This document shows, in pieces, positions 1 to 10,575 of a stretch of 64,000 bases of DNA. Both the position numbers and the translations under genes were made by a program. Source of the DNA: an uncultured Gemmatimonadales bacterium (GTDB lineage Bacteria; Gemmatimonadota; Gemmatimonadetes; Gemmatimonadales; GWC2-71-9); assembly GCA_963795085.1 (NCBI GenBank), contig CAWCFX010000004.1:1-64000 (forward strand), in the 5' to 3' direction. How positions within the stretch are numbered: the stretch's first letter is position 1; the number at the start of each line of letters is the position of its first letter. Under the pieces are notes generated by a model. It was given only the letters and a program-made list of their open reading frames with translations. It did not search any database and was not told the DNA's origin.

Positions 1-390
1 CAGCACAAGCTGCATTAAGCCGATTCGCGGCAGGCTCAGATCGGCACAGAACTGGCCGTTGGGCCATTGGCGTTGCGCGAGCAGTACATCAAAGTGACTG
101 GTGTCCAGCAGCCAAAGGGAGGGGCTTTCTGATCCGTCGTTGCAACGTACGGGTTCCGCGGCTGGGGCTTGCAGAGCAGCCACGGTAATGGAGCTGCACT
201 CCTGGCAGAAATCTCTTCGGGCAGATGATACCGCCGAGAGGTCTGTTCTGAAGGTATTCGGATTAAGCGTCGCTCTCGACATGGGCTACCTCTGTCCGAA
301 TCGACGACGAAGCGACCGACGCCCACGGACAACTGGGCCGCCGAACTCCTGAGCTGAGGTTACTGGTAGGTCATAACCGCGAAATATTGA

Positions 391-2500
391 TTACCGTGGC
401 GGGCTCAGCGCCAAAGGCGCTGAACGATAGGTGCCGGGAGAAAGTGCGAACTTCGTCGAGGCGTCTATCAGATCAAGGTACCTCGACCTGTTAGGGATCT
501 GTCGTCAGGCCGTAAATAGTACAGAACTGCATGACTGATCTGCAAACATCGGAGTAGCCAATCGTCGAACTGGACACTCTAACTGCAATGCCAGTCATGG
601 GGTTGACCTGAAGAAGCACGCTCTGCCGTTGAAGAAAGCCCGGGAGGCGTAGAGTGTCCCATCCAGCGCAAATGCGATGTCGCCTGCAGAGGCGAATCCT
701 GATCCAAATGAGCCTACATAGTCAAGGCATTCTTGTTGGACCGTCTAGATAATCCCCGAGGCGGCCGGATTGGCCCGAACAAAAAGGCGATCAGCCCGAT
801 CAAAACCAAGGGGGCGTTGGCGTGTCCAAGCCTCAACAGCCGCCAAACAGAGTAGCACGGCCAGTATTCGTATCAATGTTCCAAAGGGCGTCGAAGGGAG
901 TTCCCCAAAGGCTCCCGTCCGACGCTCGCGCAACGTCTGTAATTACGGTTCAAAGCCGGCTAACGCCTGGACAGGGCCAACCAGCTTATCAGTTCCTCGT
1001 CATTGTCGGTATGATGATATAAAGGTCGCTCGGTGGGCACACCGTTAGTTCCGGTACTGCTAGTCGCGTAAATAGCGGCAGAGCCCGCTGAAGTCGGGGA
1101 TTTCAGCGGCATTGAAGCTGGTAGGGTCATGCCGCTCGTCGGGTCAAGTATTCTGTGATAGTTGAATTGGCTGCAGGGTGGCGGTATCTAAGGCCAGCAA
1201 GAAGCAGACCGAGGCTAAAATACCGCCGCGGCGTAAAAGGAGGGTTGTCCAGAAGAACACCGTTAGGTTCACGCTGAAAGAGCTCAATGCCGATGCTGGA
1301 GATTGTTTGCGTCAGCGAAGACCGGAGGCTGGCGCGGTCCACTGCATGATACGCCTTCGACCTTCGTCAATAAGCCGCACGACCTCACCTTCGCGACCAA
1401 TACAGCAGTGCGCCTGACAAGCCGACCCCCCACAGAGCTGGTTCGTGTATCCCCAGACTAAAACATCTTCTAAGGTTTGATTCCTACCGCTGGCGGTCGA
1501 GTGTAGGACTATCAACGACACTGTGGCACTGCGCCGTGGCAGGCCCAGAAGAGCTTGGTCATCGAGAAGAGTCGCAACCAGTTGTCCAGGGTTCGACGTG
1601 CAGCCAACATTCCCAGCTCCAGATCTCGCCCTTGCGTCGGAGAAAGCGGAACAACCAACGCAAAGGTGGAGAAGCCCATGAAAGTGACTGTGACTGTGTT
1701 GTTGGAAAGGTCGAGGAGTGATGGCGGAGACTCCGTGTCCATGGTATCTGCCAGGGCCGCAAGGGAGCCGCTATTATCGCGGCGAAATACGATAATAGAA
1801 CCAGGGTTTCTAGATCCAAGTAGGCTGGGAGAATAGGGGAGTGTCAATGTAGCAGGGAACACAGCATTGCGTTCTGCACTGAGCTTGATAACGGGACCAA
1901 CGATTGATCGTAGCGTTGTGGATGACAGCGCAGTGGCGAAGGACATGGAGTCGCCAACGCTCATTGTAATTTTCGTTGGCTGGTCAAGTGCGCCGGGAGC
2001 AATGCGCAATGTAACGCCGGTTAATGGCGTCCCACTGGCGCCGGTGATTTGCCCGCCTTGGGGACCGAAGACTGCCTTCTTGGGTAACGGCTGGGAGGTG
2101 GAACGGTTGAACCGTCAGCTCCACAGCCATACTGCCACAGTATCGTCGCGCAATGAATGACATTCCAAATGCCACGTCGAGTTATGGATTGATTCAGCCT
2201 TGAGGGATTGAGAAGTGAGAGGACGGTCACACGATATCTCCTTAATGTAAGCTGTGTATGCCTCAGCAGGCCGGATAACGGTTCGCTCCCCAATAGACTG
2301 GTACAGGGTTAGTTCAGGTTATGCGACCAGAAGATGGATTCGCCCTGGATGAAGGACCGCATGGACCCGGGGTCAGCGGAACTGCCCGAGTCACTGTGGG
2401 GAACGAATCAATTGCACTAGGGAAAGAAGAACCCTCATTGACTCCCCACACCGGGAGCAGTCGATGCCACGGCCAGTTAACCTTGCCCCGGGGTCCCACA
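391..2500 (-). pseudogene. Multiply frameshifted large gene: ZU5-like region + N-acetylmuramoyl-L-alanine amidase (Amidase_2) domain + C-terminal beta-propeller repeats
   Basis: Stitching minus-strand frames gives VFGPQGGQITG..GVTLRIAPGALDQPTKIT (ZU5-like), then IVLHSTA..AH..IGREGEVVRLIDEG/RAYHA..SIGIEL..HRILDP/RHDPTSF (Amidase_2 motifs, about 1100-1520), then ITDVARASDGSLWG..GDIAFALDGTLYAS (propeller blades). Boundaries are approximate. Confidence 0.6.
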
Positions 2501-2545
2501 GGTATATGTCCTGACGCATGTTGCGTACACCTGAGCGTCGGTCTG

Positions 2546-3353
2546 TCATGAGCAAGTGCAAGTGAAGCTGCCAGTTCTGCGATTCCACATTGTTGAAATT
2601 TGATCTGCAGTCACTTGGAACGAAGGATCTGTGTTAGCACCAGCGTTTAGCTCCAAACCACTCTTGCTTACCGTCAGAATCCCGACGACAAAGGTTCTAG
2701 TTCCGCCTCGCGCGTCCAATAGCTTGACTGGCACCCGAACGGCCTCACCGTCGTTGATAGCTGCAATCATTTCTTCAGGCGTAGTCGGGAGGTGCTGGTC
2801 TACCTGACCATTCCTAATGCACTTCAGAGTGCCAAACGGATCACGATATACCCATGCGACTCCTGAGCGGTATTCGTGAAAACGAAGCATTACAGGGTAG
2901 ATGCGCGTTCCGCTGGGGGCGCCCAACCGTAGCTCCGCCGTACCCCCCTGGCTGACCATTGGAGCGCCGTATTCAACTCTTAAGACCGCCCCATAAAGGC
3001 GTCCGAGGTCGTCGAGGAGTTCTTCCGACACAAGACCTTACCTCGGATTCTGTCGGCGCGGCATCAGGTACCGTACTTGGCGACGCTGTGGCTGCGTTTC
3101 TGTTGGGGTTTGTTGCCCGCATCATGGCTTCAATCACTTTGTCAGGAACCCCAACTCCTTTTAGGGACACAAGAGCAGGTGGCTGAGTATCGAAGCGTGT
3201 CAAAGCCGCACGTTCAATGCTTTCGATGACAACTTGGTCCGATAAGCCTGCCTTGACCATACTGAGAACGTCCTGGTTGGTCATTCCCGGCTGGTTCTGT
3301 GGTAAAGCAAATACCTGAGGAGGGCCTGCAGTAATCATCAGCATCGCGGTCAT
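2546..3353 (-). pseudogene. Frameshifted exported hypothetical protein (ORFs 2973-3353 and 2546-3031)
   Basis: N-terminal MTNQDVLSMVKAGLSDQVVI..FDTQPPALVSLKGVGVPDKVIEAM helical module; the reading frame continues in another frame near 3030. Confidence 0.5.
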
Positions 3354-3456
3354 GAACCAGATAGCGACAGGCTCCGCAGATGCCTCCGCATGTGGATTCC
3401 TACTCCGCGCAACGGTTCCGTACGCTCTTCGCGAGGATTGTCGTAGGGTGGCCGAG

Positions 3457-3798
3457 TTATAGTGTTCGCGCCTGAAGGAGGAGTTGGACTCGCGGAAGGT
3501 TAGGCATCCGCGTGGAGCAGGACATTGGTAGTGACGACATGAGCATGTGTTTCGGCTTACTCTGCCACGAGTGCTGACAATTGGGACACACCGTCGGCTT
3601 CCTACCGCCGAGGAGCGCCAAAAGTCCTATCGGAAAGGCGCACACTGAAACGATGATTGCCCAAGTGGGATAGCCACCCTGCTGAGCAAGCGTGCCGCAT
3701 TTGGGGCAGGAATGTTGGCCATTGAATCGTCTCACGGTGAGGGTAGAATACGTGCCAAGCGAGCTATCCAAACTGCTAGTAGGGGTAAGAGCAAACAT
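3457..3798 (-). CDS. LITAF-like membrane-associated zinc-ribbon protein (true start and stop uncertain)
   Basis: CPKC - hydrophobic stretch (WAIIVSVCAFPIGLLALL) - CPNC. Confidence 0.6.
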   Translation of the reverse strand: MFALTPTSSLDSSLGTYSTLTVRRFNGQHSCPKCGTLAQQGGYPTWAIIVSVCAFPIGLLALLGGRKPTVCPNCQHSWQSKPKHMLMSSLPMSCSTRMPNLPRVQLLLQARTL

Positions 3799-3868
3799 TT
3801 GTCGAGTATCGTGAGAACCCTATGTGTAGAATAGCTTTTCACTGTGTTGAGAAGCCCCACCGAGGACA

Positions 3869-4168
3869 CTAGCCCTTGGAGAGGATCGACAACACAACAA
3901 ACGGCACGGCCGGGTTAAAAACCATTGCCGCCATCCAACCCCCCGAGGCCAGCGACTCAATAGCCCTCGTGACACCGCAACCGGGACAGGGAAGCCCTGT
4001 GAGAGCTTTCAGCAAGCAGAACGTCCCGAGCGAGCCATCGAGGGGAAGGAGGACAGCTGGCCAGGTAAGTACAGTGAGCATTAGACATGACATGACTCCT
4101 CGGGCTAGGAGGTGTCTCGCCCAGTGGGAGTAGGGAGCTGGAAGAAGCAACACGTTAGGGAGCCACAT
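3869..4168 (-). CDS. DUF2752 family membrane protein (3' end possibly frameshifted)
   Basis: CLLKALTGLPCPGCGVTRA signature. Confidence 0.8.
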   Translation of the reverse strand: MWLPNVLLLPAPYSHWARHLLARGVMSCLMLTVLTWPAVLLPLDGSLGTFCLLKALTGLPCPGCGVTRAIESLASGGWMAAMVFNPAVPFVVLSILSKG

Positions 4169-4338
4169 TTGATCGAGCGTGTACCTTTCAAATAGAATGG
4201 CGCAAAGGCTCCCACAATCCTGTACCGGCCTGAGCGCAGAGTTATGACGTCATGAAGTTGGTTGGATGCTAGCTATCGGCGATCGCCGTGCGAGTCATTG
4301 GCTAACAGGCGCTCGTGCCACGGCATGATGGAAAATCC

Positions 4339-4896
4339 TCATATATTCATTGCTTGAGCTTTCTCGTCGTGCGCTATCCGTTCACTGCAGTGTCGAGAAA
4401 GGCCAGCAGTATCTGACCCACTGCCACGATAAGAACTCCAACGGAGTAAACAACAGTGCCTGCGATTACTCCAGACAAAATGCCTCCAAACAGTGCCGCA
4501 GGTCCAAGCCGGGCGGTGGTTGTAGTTCTGCAAGAATCAAAAGACCGCAGAGCATCACTCCAATTATTTGGATCGAACTTCCGTACGCAACTATTGAGAG
4601 GGCTACGACATAGCTGTCACTATAGCGCGTTAGAACTTGTGCAAACGCTGGTGGCTTTTTGCCGACGGGTCGAGAGTGAATGGAGTTGCGATTGATCTCG
4701 CGTCGGCTGTCCGGTTATTACCGAGGAGTCAGGCTGAAGCCCTGTCTTGTCTCCCTTATTGTGGTGGCAGCAGCGTCGGCCTTCTCCGTGTTGGAGCGAG
4801 AGTGGGGTTTATTGTTGGCTAGTCGTGGACTTGAGCAATTCCAGCAACGTCGAACTGCTCTTCATTTTCTTCCCCACACTGCTCGCACGTCCACAT
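4339..4896 (-). pseudogene. Frameshifted membrane protein with N-terminal RanBP2-like zinc finger
   Basis: ATG at 4896 gives MWTCEQCGEENEEQFDV/CWNC once one T is restored; C-terminal TM segments GGILSGVIAGTVVYSVGVLIVAVGQILLAFLDTAVN. Confidence 0.6.
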
Positions 4897-5160
4897 GGTC
4901 GCCCCCGCAGATCAGGCTCCTTTGTAGCCCAACTTTGACTCCCTGTACACAGCCAATACCCTCTGCCCGGAACAGTCCGCCAGTCATGGTAATGGCCCCG
5001 CCCCGCGAACTCACCACCACAACTCCCTTGCGACCCACCTCACATCGCTTAGTATCCCCCGCAGGTACCGAGTCCGCGAGACCCCCCGCAATTTCGATCC
5101 AGGCCCCAGCCGCCCCCCTTTACACGCCACACTCCCCCAGCCTGGGAACCGGGGTTCTCA

Positions 5161-5435
5161 TCACCAGGCCCGCGGCATAGGACCCCACCTCGGGAGTTTC
5201 CGGGCTGGAACTCCGAGCAGGGTGTACCCGAGGCCCCCGATCCCGCCGGCCAGGGTGGCGGCCAGCAGTACGGCGATCGCCTCAACAACATGGCCTCGCC
5301 GGCAATGGCCTGCGGGAGCATGAACACCATCCGCCCGCCGACCACCACGAACAGGAACCCCGCTCCGAACACCATGGGCCGGAGCCACCGCGGCAGCCTC
5401 TCGAACCACTCGGCCAGGCGGGTGAGAAGAGACAT
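5161..5435 (-). pseudogene. Frameshifted or truncated small membrane protein
   Basis: Hydrophobic frame 5049-5480 switches to hydrophobic frame 5161-5409 near 5285. Confidence 0.4.
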
Positions 5436-5526
5436 CTCCAGGTCAGCCCTCATGCGAGCCCCAGCCAGGCCCACCCCCACCAGGATCCGGTGCTGCCCCA
5501 GCTCCAGGCGCGTACCGGGCCCACAC

Positions 5527-5934
5527 TCATGGAACGAATGTCAGCGTATCAACCAGGTGCGAACCACCCTGGTCATCGAGGACCCGAAGGATGAGCAGGT
5601 AGGAGGTGCCCGCCTGCAATGGTGAGAGACCCAGCAAACTTTGCTGCCCCTCCGGGGGCACCGTGCCGTACAGAATGCCGCTCCGGAGCCCGTTAAGCGG
5701 CGGGGCCCCGTTTCCCGAGTCAGTCACCAGCCAGGTGATGTTCCCGCCGGAGTCCCCCACCTGGAGGGTCCCTATGGTGCACTCCGGCTGCCACGTGATC
5801 ACCGGGGTAAGGCCAGCGGTGACCGAAGCCTCGGCGGTGCCTTCACAAGCGGTCGCCCCGGTAACCCTGGCAGGCTCCGTACTGCAGCCCGCCAGACCAA
5901 CAACCGCGGCCATGGCGATCAGCGAAGGATTCAT
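5527..5934 (-). CDS. Hypothetical lipoprotein
   Basis: MNPSLIAMAAVVGLAGC lipobox; beta-rich body. Confidence 0.7.
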   Translation of the reverse strand: MNPSLIAMAAVVGLAGCSTEPARVTGATACEGTAEASVTAGLTPVITWQPECTIGTLQVGDSGGNITWLVTDSGNGAPPLNGLRSGILYGTVPPEGQQSLLGLSPLQAGTSYLLILRVLDDQGGSHLVDTLTFVP

Positions 5935-6249
5935 GGTGCAGTCCCGATAAGAAGAGCTGTCCCCCACCCCCTGAGGTACTGTGCTGGGGCGCTCACAGGC
6001 CGGCAACCGGGCAACGGGAGCGCACCCCCCACCTCCAATCCAGTATGCACTGGGAAAAAAATTCCGGAAGGGGGCCTCTCCCCATTACCACCTTCACCTG
6101 GATCTCCACCGCCGCACACCCCCTCCCCCCCGTCCTCCGCCGAGGACAGCCCTGCCCTGAAAAGCGGAGTCACCCCCAATAGCCTCGCACTATGTTTTCG
6201 GGAAGCCTTCGCTCCGCCACTTCACCCTCCCGCTCCCGCCCGTCACCTG

Positions 6250-6725
6250 CCCGGTCCACCGCTACACCTTCCAGCTTCACTCCTGAAAAGTGCCGCTCCC
6301 CCTGCTTCACCGGCCTGGGTCCACTGTACCACCGGCCCGGTCCACTGCTCCACCGGCCCGAGTCCGCTGCTCCACCGGCCCGGGTCCACTGCATCACCGG
6401 CCTGGTCCACTGCACCACCGGCCCGGTCCCCCTGCACCACTGGACTGGTACCGCTGTACCACCAGCCCGCTACCGCTGTCACAGGCCACCGGTCCACCTC
6501 GGCAGGGCGCCGGTACCGTCGCTGGAGCCGGCCGGTCCACTTCTATAGATGGCCGGTCCGGTCCTGCACCTTCCCGGTCGCGGCCGGCAGCTCGCCCGGT
6601 CCGCTGCTGCAGATGACTGCTCCCCCTGCTCCACCGGACCGAGTCCACTGCGCCAGGGGACTGGTACCACTGCTCCACCGGACCGGGGCCACTGCACCAG
6701 CGGACCGGGGCCGCTGCTCACCCCG
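6250..6725. repeat. Degenerate tandem array with 21-22 bp period, core CCGGTCC(A/G)CTG..CACCGG, about 20 units
   Basis: Units such as cccggtccactgctccaccgg, cccgggtccactgcatcaccgg and actggtaccactgctccaccgg; central units keep only the CCGGT(C/A)C head. Confidence 0.85.
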
Positions 6726-7041
6726 GCACTCCCTCATTGTGAGTGCGAATGATCCGCGCCGACAGGCGACCGGTCCACCATTGTGAGGTGACCGAGCCCG
6801 ATCGAGTGGCGTTCGGTCGGCTGCTGCCGCCTGGCGGGTCACGGCTCAACCGCGGATCTCCCCGATCATCACCCCGCGCGTCATCCCTCGTCACCCTCAT
6901 GGCACGCCCGATGCGTTGGCACCCCGCTGACCGCGATGCTGTCGCGCAGGTGCTGACATCGCGGTCCCACGCGCAGTCAACCGGGGGGGCCGGATGCACC
7001 GCGACCGCTCGACTCCCCAACAGTTTCACAGGAGGTGTTGT

Positions 7042-7716
7042 ATGACCGGCCTCATGCTGGTCAAGTTCGGGATGTTTCGACGGGTCGCCGCGTTCCTGGC
7101 GGCCAACCCGCTGGGGTATCCCGAGGGCGACGCGGTCGTCGCCGAGGTAGGAGCGGCCGTCGAGCGGCTCAACGCGCTCATGGTCCAGCAGGAATCAGGA
7201 CAGCAGGCCTCGCGCAGCAGCACGCAGCAGCGCCAGCGCCTGCGCCGGACGATCTCCCGGGTCACGCTCCGCCACGTCCTCAGGGTGGCGAAGATGGTGG
7301 CCCCGACCCACCCGGATGTCGCGGGCGGGATCCGGCGTCCCGCGCCGGGGCAGGGCGAGCAGGACTTCCTCGCCCGGCTCAAGACGATCATCGAACAGGT
7401 GGACGCCAACCTCCCCGCCTTCACCCGCGCCGGTCTCTCGGCCGAGGGACTCGCGGAACTGAAGCGGCAGGTCGCGACGTACGAGCAGGCCATGCAGGAT
7501 GCTCATGCGGCGCGGCGGGCCCACACCGGGGCCAACAGCGAGATGCAACAGCAGATCGCCGAGCTGATGCGCCTGGTGCAGAACCTGGACGGCATCATCG
7601 GTCTCCGCTTCGAGGAGAAACCGGAGATGCTGGGCGCGTGGCGCAGCGCGCGCAACGTGGCCTGGCCGGAAGTCGAGGCCGGCCGGCCGCCGGAGGGCGA
7701 GCGGCCGGCCGCGTGA
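7042..7716 (+). CDS. Hypothetical alpha-helical/coiled-coil protein (224 aa)
   Basis: Strong RBS ACAGGAGGT before ATG 7042; host-like codon usage; helical composition. Confidence 0.85.
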   Translation: MTGLMLVKFGMFRRVAAFLAANPLGYPEGDAVVAEVGAAVERLNALMVQQESGQQASRSSTQQRQRLRRTISRVTLRHVLRVAKMVAPTHPDVAGGIRRPAPGQGEQDFLARLKTIIEQVDANLPAFTRAGLSAEGLAELKRQVATYEQAMQDAHAARRAHTGANSEMQQQIAELMRLVQNLDGIIGLRFEEKPEMLGAWRSARNVAWPEVEAGRPPEGERPAA

Positions 7717-7859
7717 AGGAGTGCGCGGTGAAGTAGCAGGTGTGTGAGTATTACCTTTATCAAGCAGGTGCTATCGTGTGGGGACTCGAGTCGGCCGGCG
7801 GCCGCTGATCGGAAGGTTCGATCGGAGGCCGCCGTCCTTTTTGGGTCACGAAGGCACGA
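7563..7859 (+). repeat. Direct repeat copy 1 (about 297 bp)
   Basis: Near-identical to 14693-14990 (a few substitutions and one extra T). Confidence 0.95.
7795..7842 (+). terminator. Intrinsic terminator
   Basis: GGCGGCC..GATCG-loop-CGATC..GGCCGCC hairpin followed by a T run; repeated at about 14925-14973. Confidence 0.65.
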
Positions 7860-7912
7860 ACCGCGAACAGGAAAAGCCGAAGGACAAAGCGGGAAATTGT
7901 CAAAAGCCCCCA

Positions 7913-8069
7913 ATTCCCTCAATTTCAACATTCCCTCGATTCCCTCAAATCCCTCAATTCCCCCATTCCCTCACTTTCATCAATTTCCACATTCCCGCAC
8001 TGTCCCCTTCTCCCTGTCCAGAATTTCTAACCCCCTGTCCCCCTTCCCCTGTACAGGGGAAGGGGGAAC
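7913..8069. repeat. (TCAATTCCC)n-like 9-mer repeats plus REP-like palindrome CCCCTTCCCCTGTACAGGGGAAGGGG
   Basis: Seen directly; the same families recur elsewhere in the window. Confidence 0.8.
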
Positions 8070-8514
8070 ACCTGGTGAGTGTGGGAGATGGTGATGGCTC
8101 GCGCGCGCGTGACGGCGCACTTGCACTGCGTCTCCCTGCCCTTCCCGGCCTGGCCGAGCTCAAGATCCATTTCGTCGAGTACCAAGGGTCCATTGGCGAC
8201 GCCAACCTGGCCCCGCGGACTCAAGCCGGCGCCCACGCAGAGATCCGGTTCCTGGCCCGGGAGATCATGACCATGGTCCAGCAGAGGGACGGGATCGGGG
8301 GTACCAGTTCCGCGACAAGCCCGGTGCGTGGCAGAGTTCGCGAAACGTGGCGTGGCCAACAGCGACTCTCAAGCCCGGAGTCTGATATCAAGCTGGATAA
8401 GCCGGCAGCATGAAGGGTGGTGGAGGTGGCAGGGTAGGGTGAAGTGGCAGCTGATCGGATTCGGTCAGCTGCCGCTTCGACTTAGCGCAGGAAAGTAAGC
8501 GCCTTCCTCACACT

Positions 8515-10398
8515 CTACGGGGTGTAGGCTTCATTGGAGGTTTGGACGGTGACGCTGGGATCGATGCCGCCGAAAGTATGGATCCGCCCGTTGATGGCGG
8601 CTCCTGAGAAATCGCTGCGGGGCGTTGGCATCGTTGCCAGCGACGTCCAGCTATTGGTGAGGGGCTCATACACATCCGAGTTCCCCGCCAATACCCCCCC
8701 ACCCGTATCCTGGCCACCAAAGACAAAGAGCTTACCGTTGAGCGAGGCCGAAGCTGAGTTGTACCGGGGTACCGGCATCGGCGCCACGGTGGTCCAGGCA
8801 TTGGTTACCGGATCGTACACGTCCACCTCGGCGGTCACCACGTTCAAGGCCTCCACTCCGCCCGCCACATACAGCTTGTTGTTCACTACGGTCACAATCG
8901 GATCCTGCCCGATGCGCGGGCGGGCCGGCAGGGCTGCCCAGGTATTCGCGACCGGGTCGTACTGATGCAGTTGACCGGCAATGGTCCCAGCCCCCAGGCA
9001 GCCGGTGTAGACATACAGCTTTCCGTTGATCGCTCCCGACCCCCCGCAGCCGCCCGCCATGGGCATCTGCGCTTTGGTCGTCCAGCTGTTGCTGCTGATG
9101 GTGTAGACATACAGCGTCCGGGTCGGTGCTCCTGCCGAATTGAACCCGCCCGGCACATAAATCTTGCCGCTGAGCACGGCCGCTCCATTCCCATTGGCGC
9201 GACCCGCCGGCAGCAGGGCCCGACTGCTCCAGGTATCCGAGTTGCCCGCGTAGGATTCTACAACCCGGCTGACGCTCCCGCCCACCGTATTACCACCAAT
9301 CGTGTACACCGTCGTCCCGGATACCGCCAAGGCATACGCCTGCCGGCCCGTCGGCATCCCCGCAAAAGCTCCCCACAAATCGCCTAGCGGGGTGTAGGCT
9401 TCATTGGAGGTTTGGACGGTGACGCTGGGATCGATGCCGCCGAAAGTATGGATCCGCCCGTTGATGGCGGCTCCTGAGAAATCGCTGCGGGGCGTTGGCA
9501 TCGTTGCCAGCGACGTCCAGCTATTGGTGAGGGGCTCATACACATCCGAGTTCCCCGCCAATACCCCCCCACCCGTATCCTGGCCACCAAAGACAAAGAG
9601 CTTACCGTTGAGCGAGGCCGAAGCTGAGTTGTACCGGGGTACCGGCATCGGCGCCACGGTGGTCCAGGCATTGGTTACCGGATCGTACACGTCCACCTCG
9701 GCGGTCACCACGTTCAAGGCCTCCACTCCGCCCGCCACATACAGCTTGTTGTTCACTACGGTCACAATCGGATCCTGCCCGATGCGCGGGCGGGCCGGCA
9801 GGGCTGCCCAGGTATTCGCGACCGGGTCGTACTGATGCAGTTGACCGGCAATGGTCCCAGCCCCCAGGCAGCCGGTGTAGACATACAGCTTTCCGTTGAT
9901 CGCTCCCGACCCCCCGCAGCCGCCCGCCATGGGCATCTGCGCTTTGGTCGTCCAGCTGTTGCTGCTGATGGTGTAGACATACAGCGTCCGGGTCGGTGCT
10001 CCTGCCGAATTGAACCCGCCCGGCACATAAATCTTGCCGCTGAGCACGGCCGCTCCATTCCCATTGGCGCGACCCGCCGGCAGCAGGGCCCGACTGCTCC
10101 AGGTATCCGAGTTGCCCGCGTAGGATTCTACAACCCGGCTGACGCTCCCGCCCACCGTATTACCACCAATCGTGTACACCGTCGTCCCGGATACCGCCAA
10201 GGCATACGCCTGCCGGCCCGTCGGCATCCCCGCAAAGGAGGCCCAGCTATCCCCGACGTTGGTGTGGAGTGAACGCTCCTGAGCAATGTCAGGAAAGGAT
10301 GGCTCGCTTGAGCCTGTCGGCGAATCTCGGAGGCAGGCTTGTGAGAGAACCACGGAACCCAGCACAAATCCTCTTAGCAACCGGCGGTAGGGCCACAT
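8515..10398 (-). CDS. Kelch repeat protein (putative lipoprotein) with two identical six-blade propellers
   Basis: GG..Y..W Kelch motifs; signal peptide ending SQAC; 290 aa internal period. Confidence 0.92.
   Translation of the reverse strand: MWPYRRLLRGFVLGSVVLSQACLRDSPTGSSEPSFPDIAQERSLHTNVGDSWASFAGMPTGRQAYALAVSGTTVYTIGGNTVGGSVSRVVESYAGNSDTWSSRALLPAGRANGNGAAVLSGKIYVPGGFNSAGAPTRTLYVYTISSNSWTTKAQMPMAGGCGGSGAINGKLYVYTGCLGAGTIAGQLHQYDPVANTWAALPARPRIGQDPIVTVVNNKLYVAGGVEALNVVTAEVDVYDPVTNAWTTVAPMPVPRYNSASASLNGKLFVFGGQDTGGGVLAGNSDVYEPLTNSWTSLATMPTPRSDFSGAAINGRIHTFGGIDPSVTVQTSNEAYTPLGDLWGAFAGMPTGRQAYALAVSGTTVYTIGGNTVGGSVSRVVESYAGNSDTWSSRALLPAGRANGNGAAVLSGKIYVPGGFNSAGAPTRTLYVYTISSNSWTTKAQMPMAGGCGGSGAINGKLYVYTGCLGAGTIAGQLHQYDPVANTWAALPARPRIGQDPIVTVVNNKLYVAGGVEALNVVTAEVDVYDPVTNAWTTVAPMPVPRYNSASASLNGKLFVFGGQDTGGGVLAGNSDVYEPLTNSWTSLATMPTPRSDFSGAAINGRIHTFGGIDPSVTVQTSNEAYTP
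8518..10236. repeat. Intragenic 849 bp direct repeat (8518-9366 and 9388-10236), 870 bp period
   Basis: No nucleotide difference found by eye; 21 bp unique spacer between copies. Confidence 0.92.
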
Positions 10399-10575
10399 AG
10401 AAAACTCCTCGATGAGGGGAAAGGGGCCCCCGACCGCGGCTCAGCCGCCTTGACGACCCACCAACCAGCCCACACCTTCCTCAGTGCGACCCGAGAAAAG
10501 CCCCTGTGCTGGACAAGTAGTGACCGGGGGGTATGCTATCCCTAGGCTAGCAACCCTCAGTCAGAAGGCCGTCAG

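Noticed and set aside
1..390. Short ORFs at the window start
   Set aside because: No recognisable motif in a region with many apparent indels.
5641..6842. Pro/Thr-rich ORFs over the 21-22 bp array (for example 5641-6786)
   Set aside because: Open frames arise from GC-rich repeats; unit lengths are not consistently multiples of three and there is no RBS or protein-like composition.
8088..8413. Possible small gene remnant (ALRLPALPGLAELKIHFVEYQG..)
   Set aside because: It looks partly protein-like but has no clear in-frame start or recognisable family.
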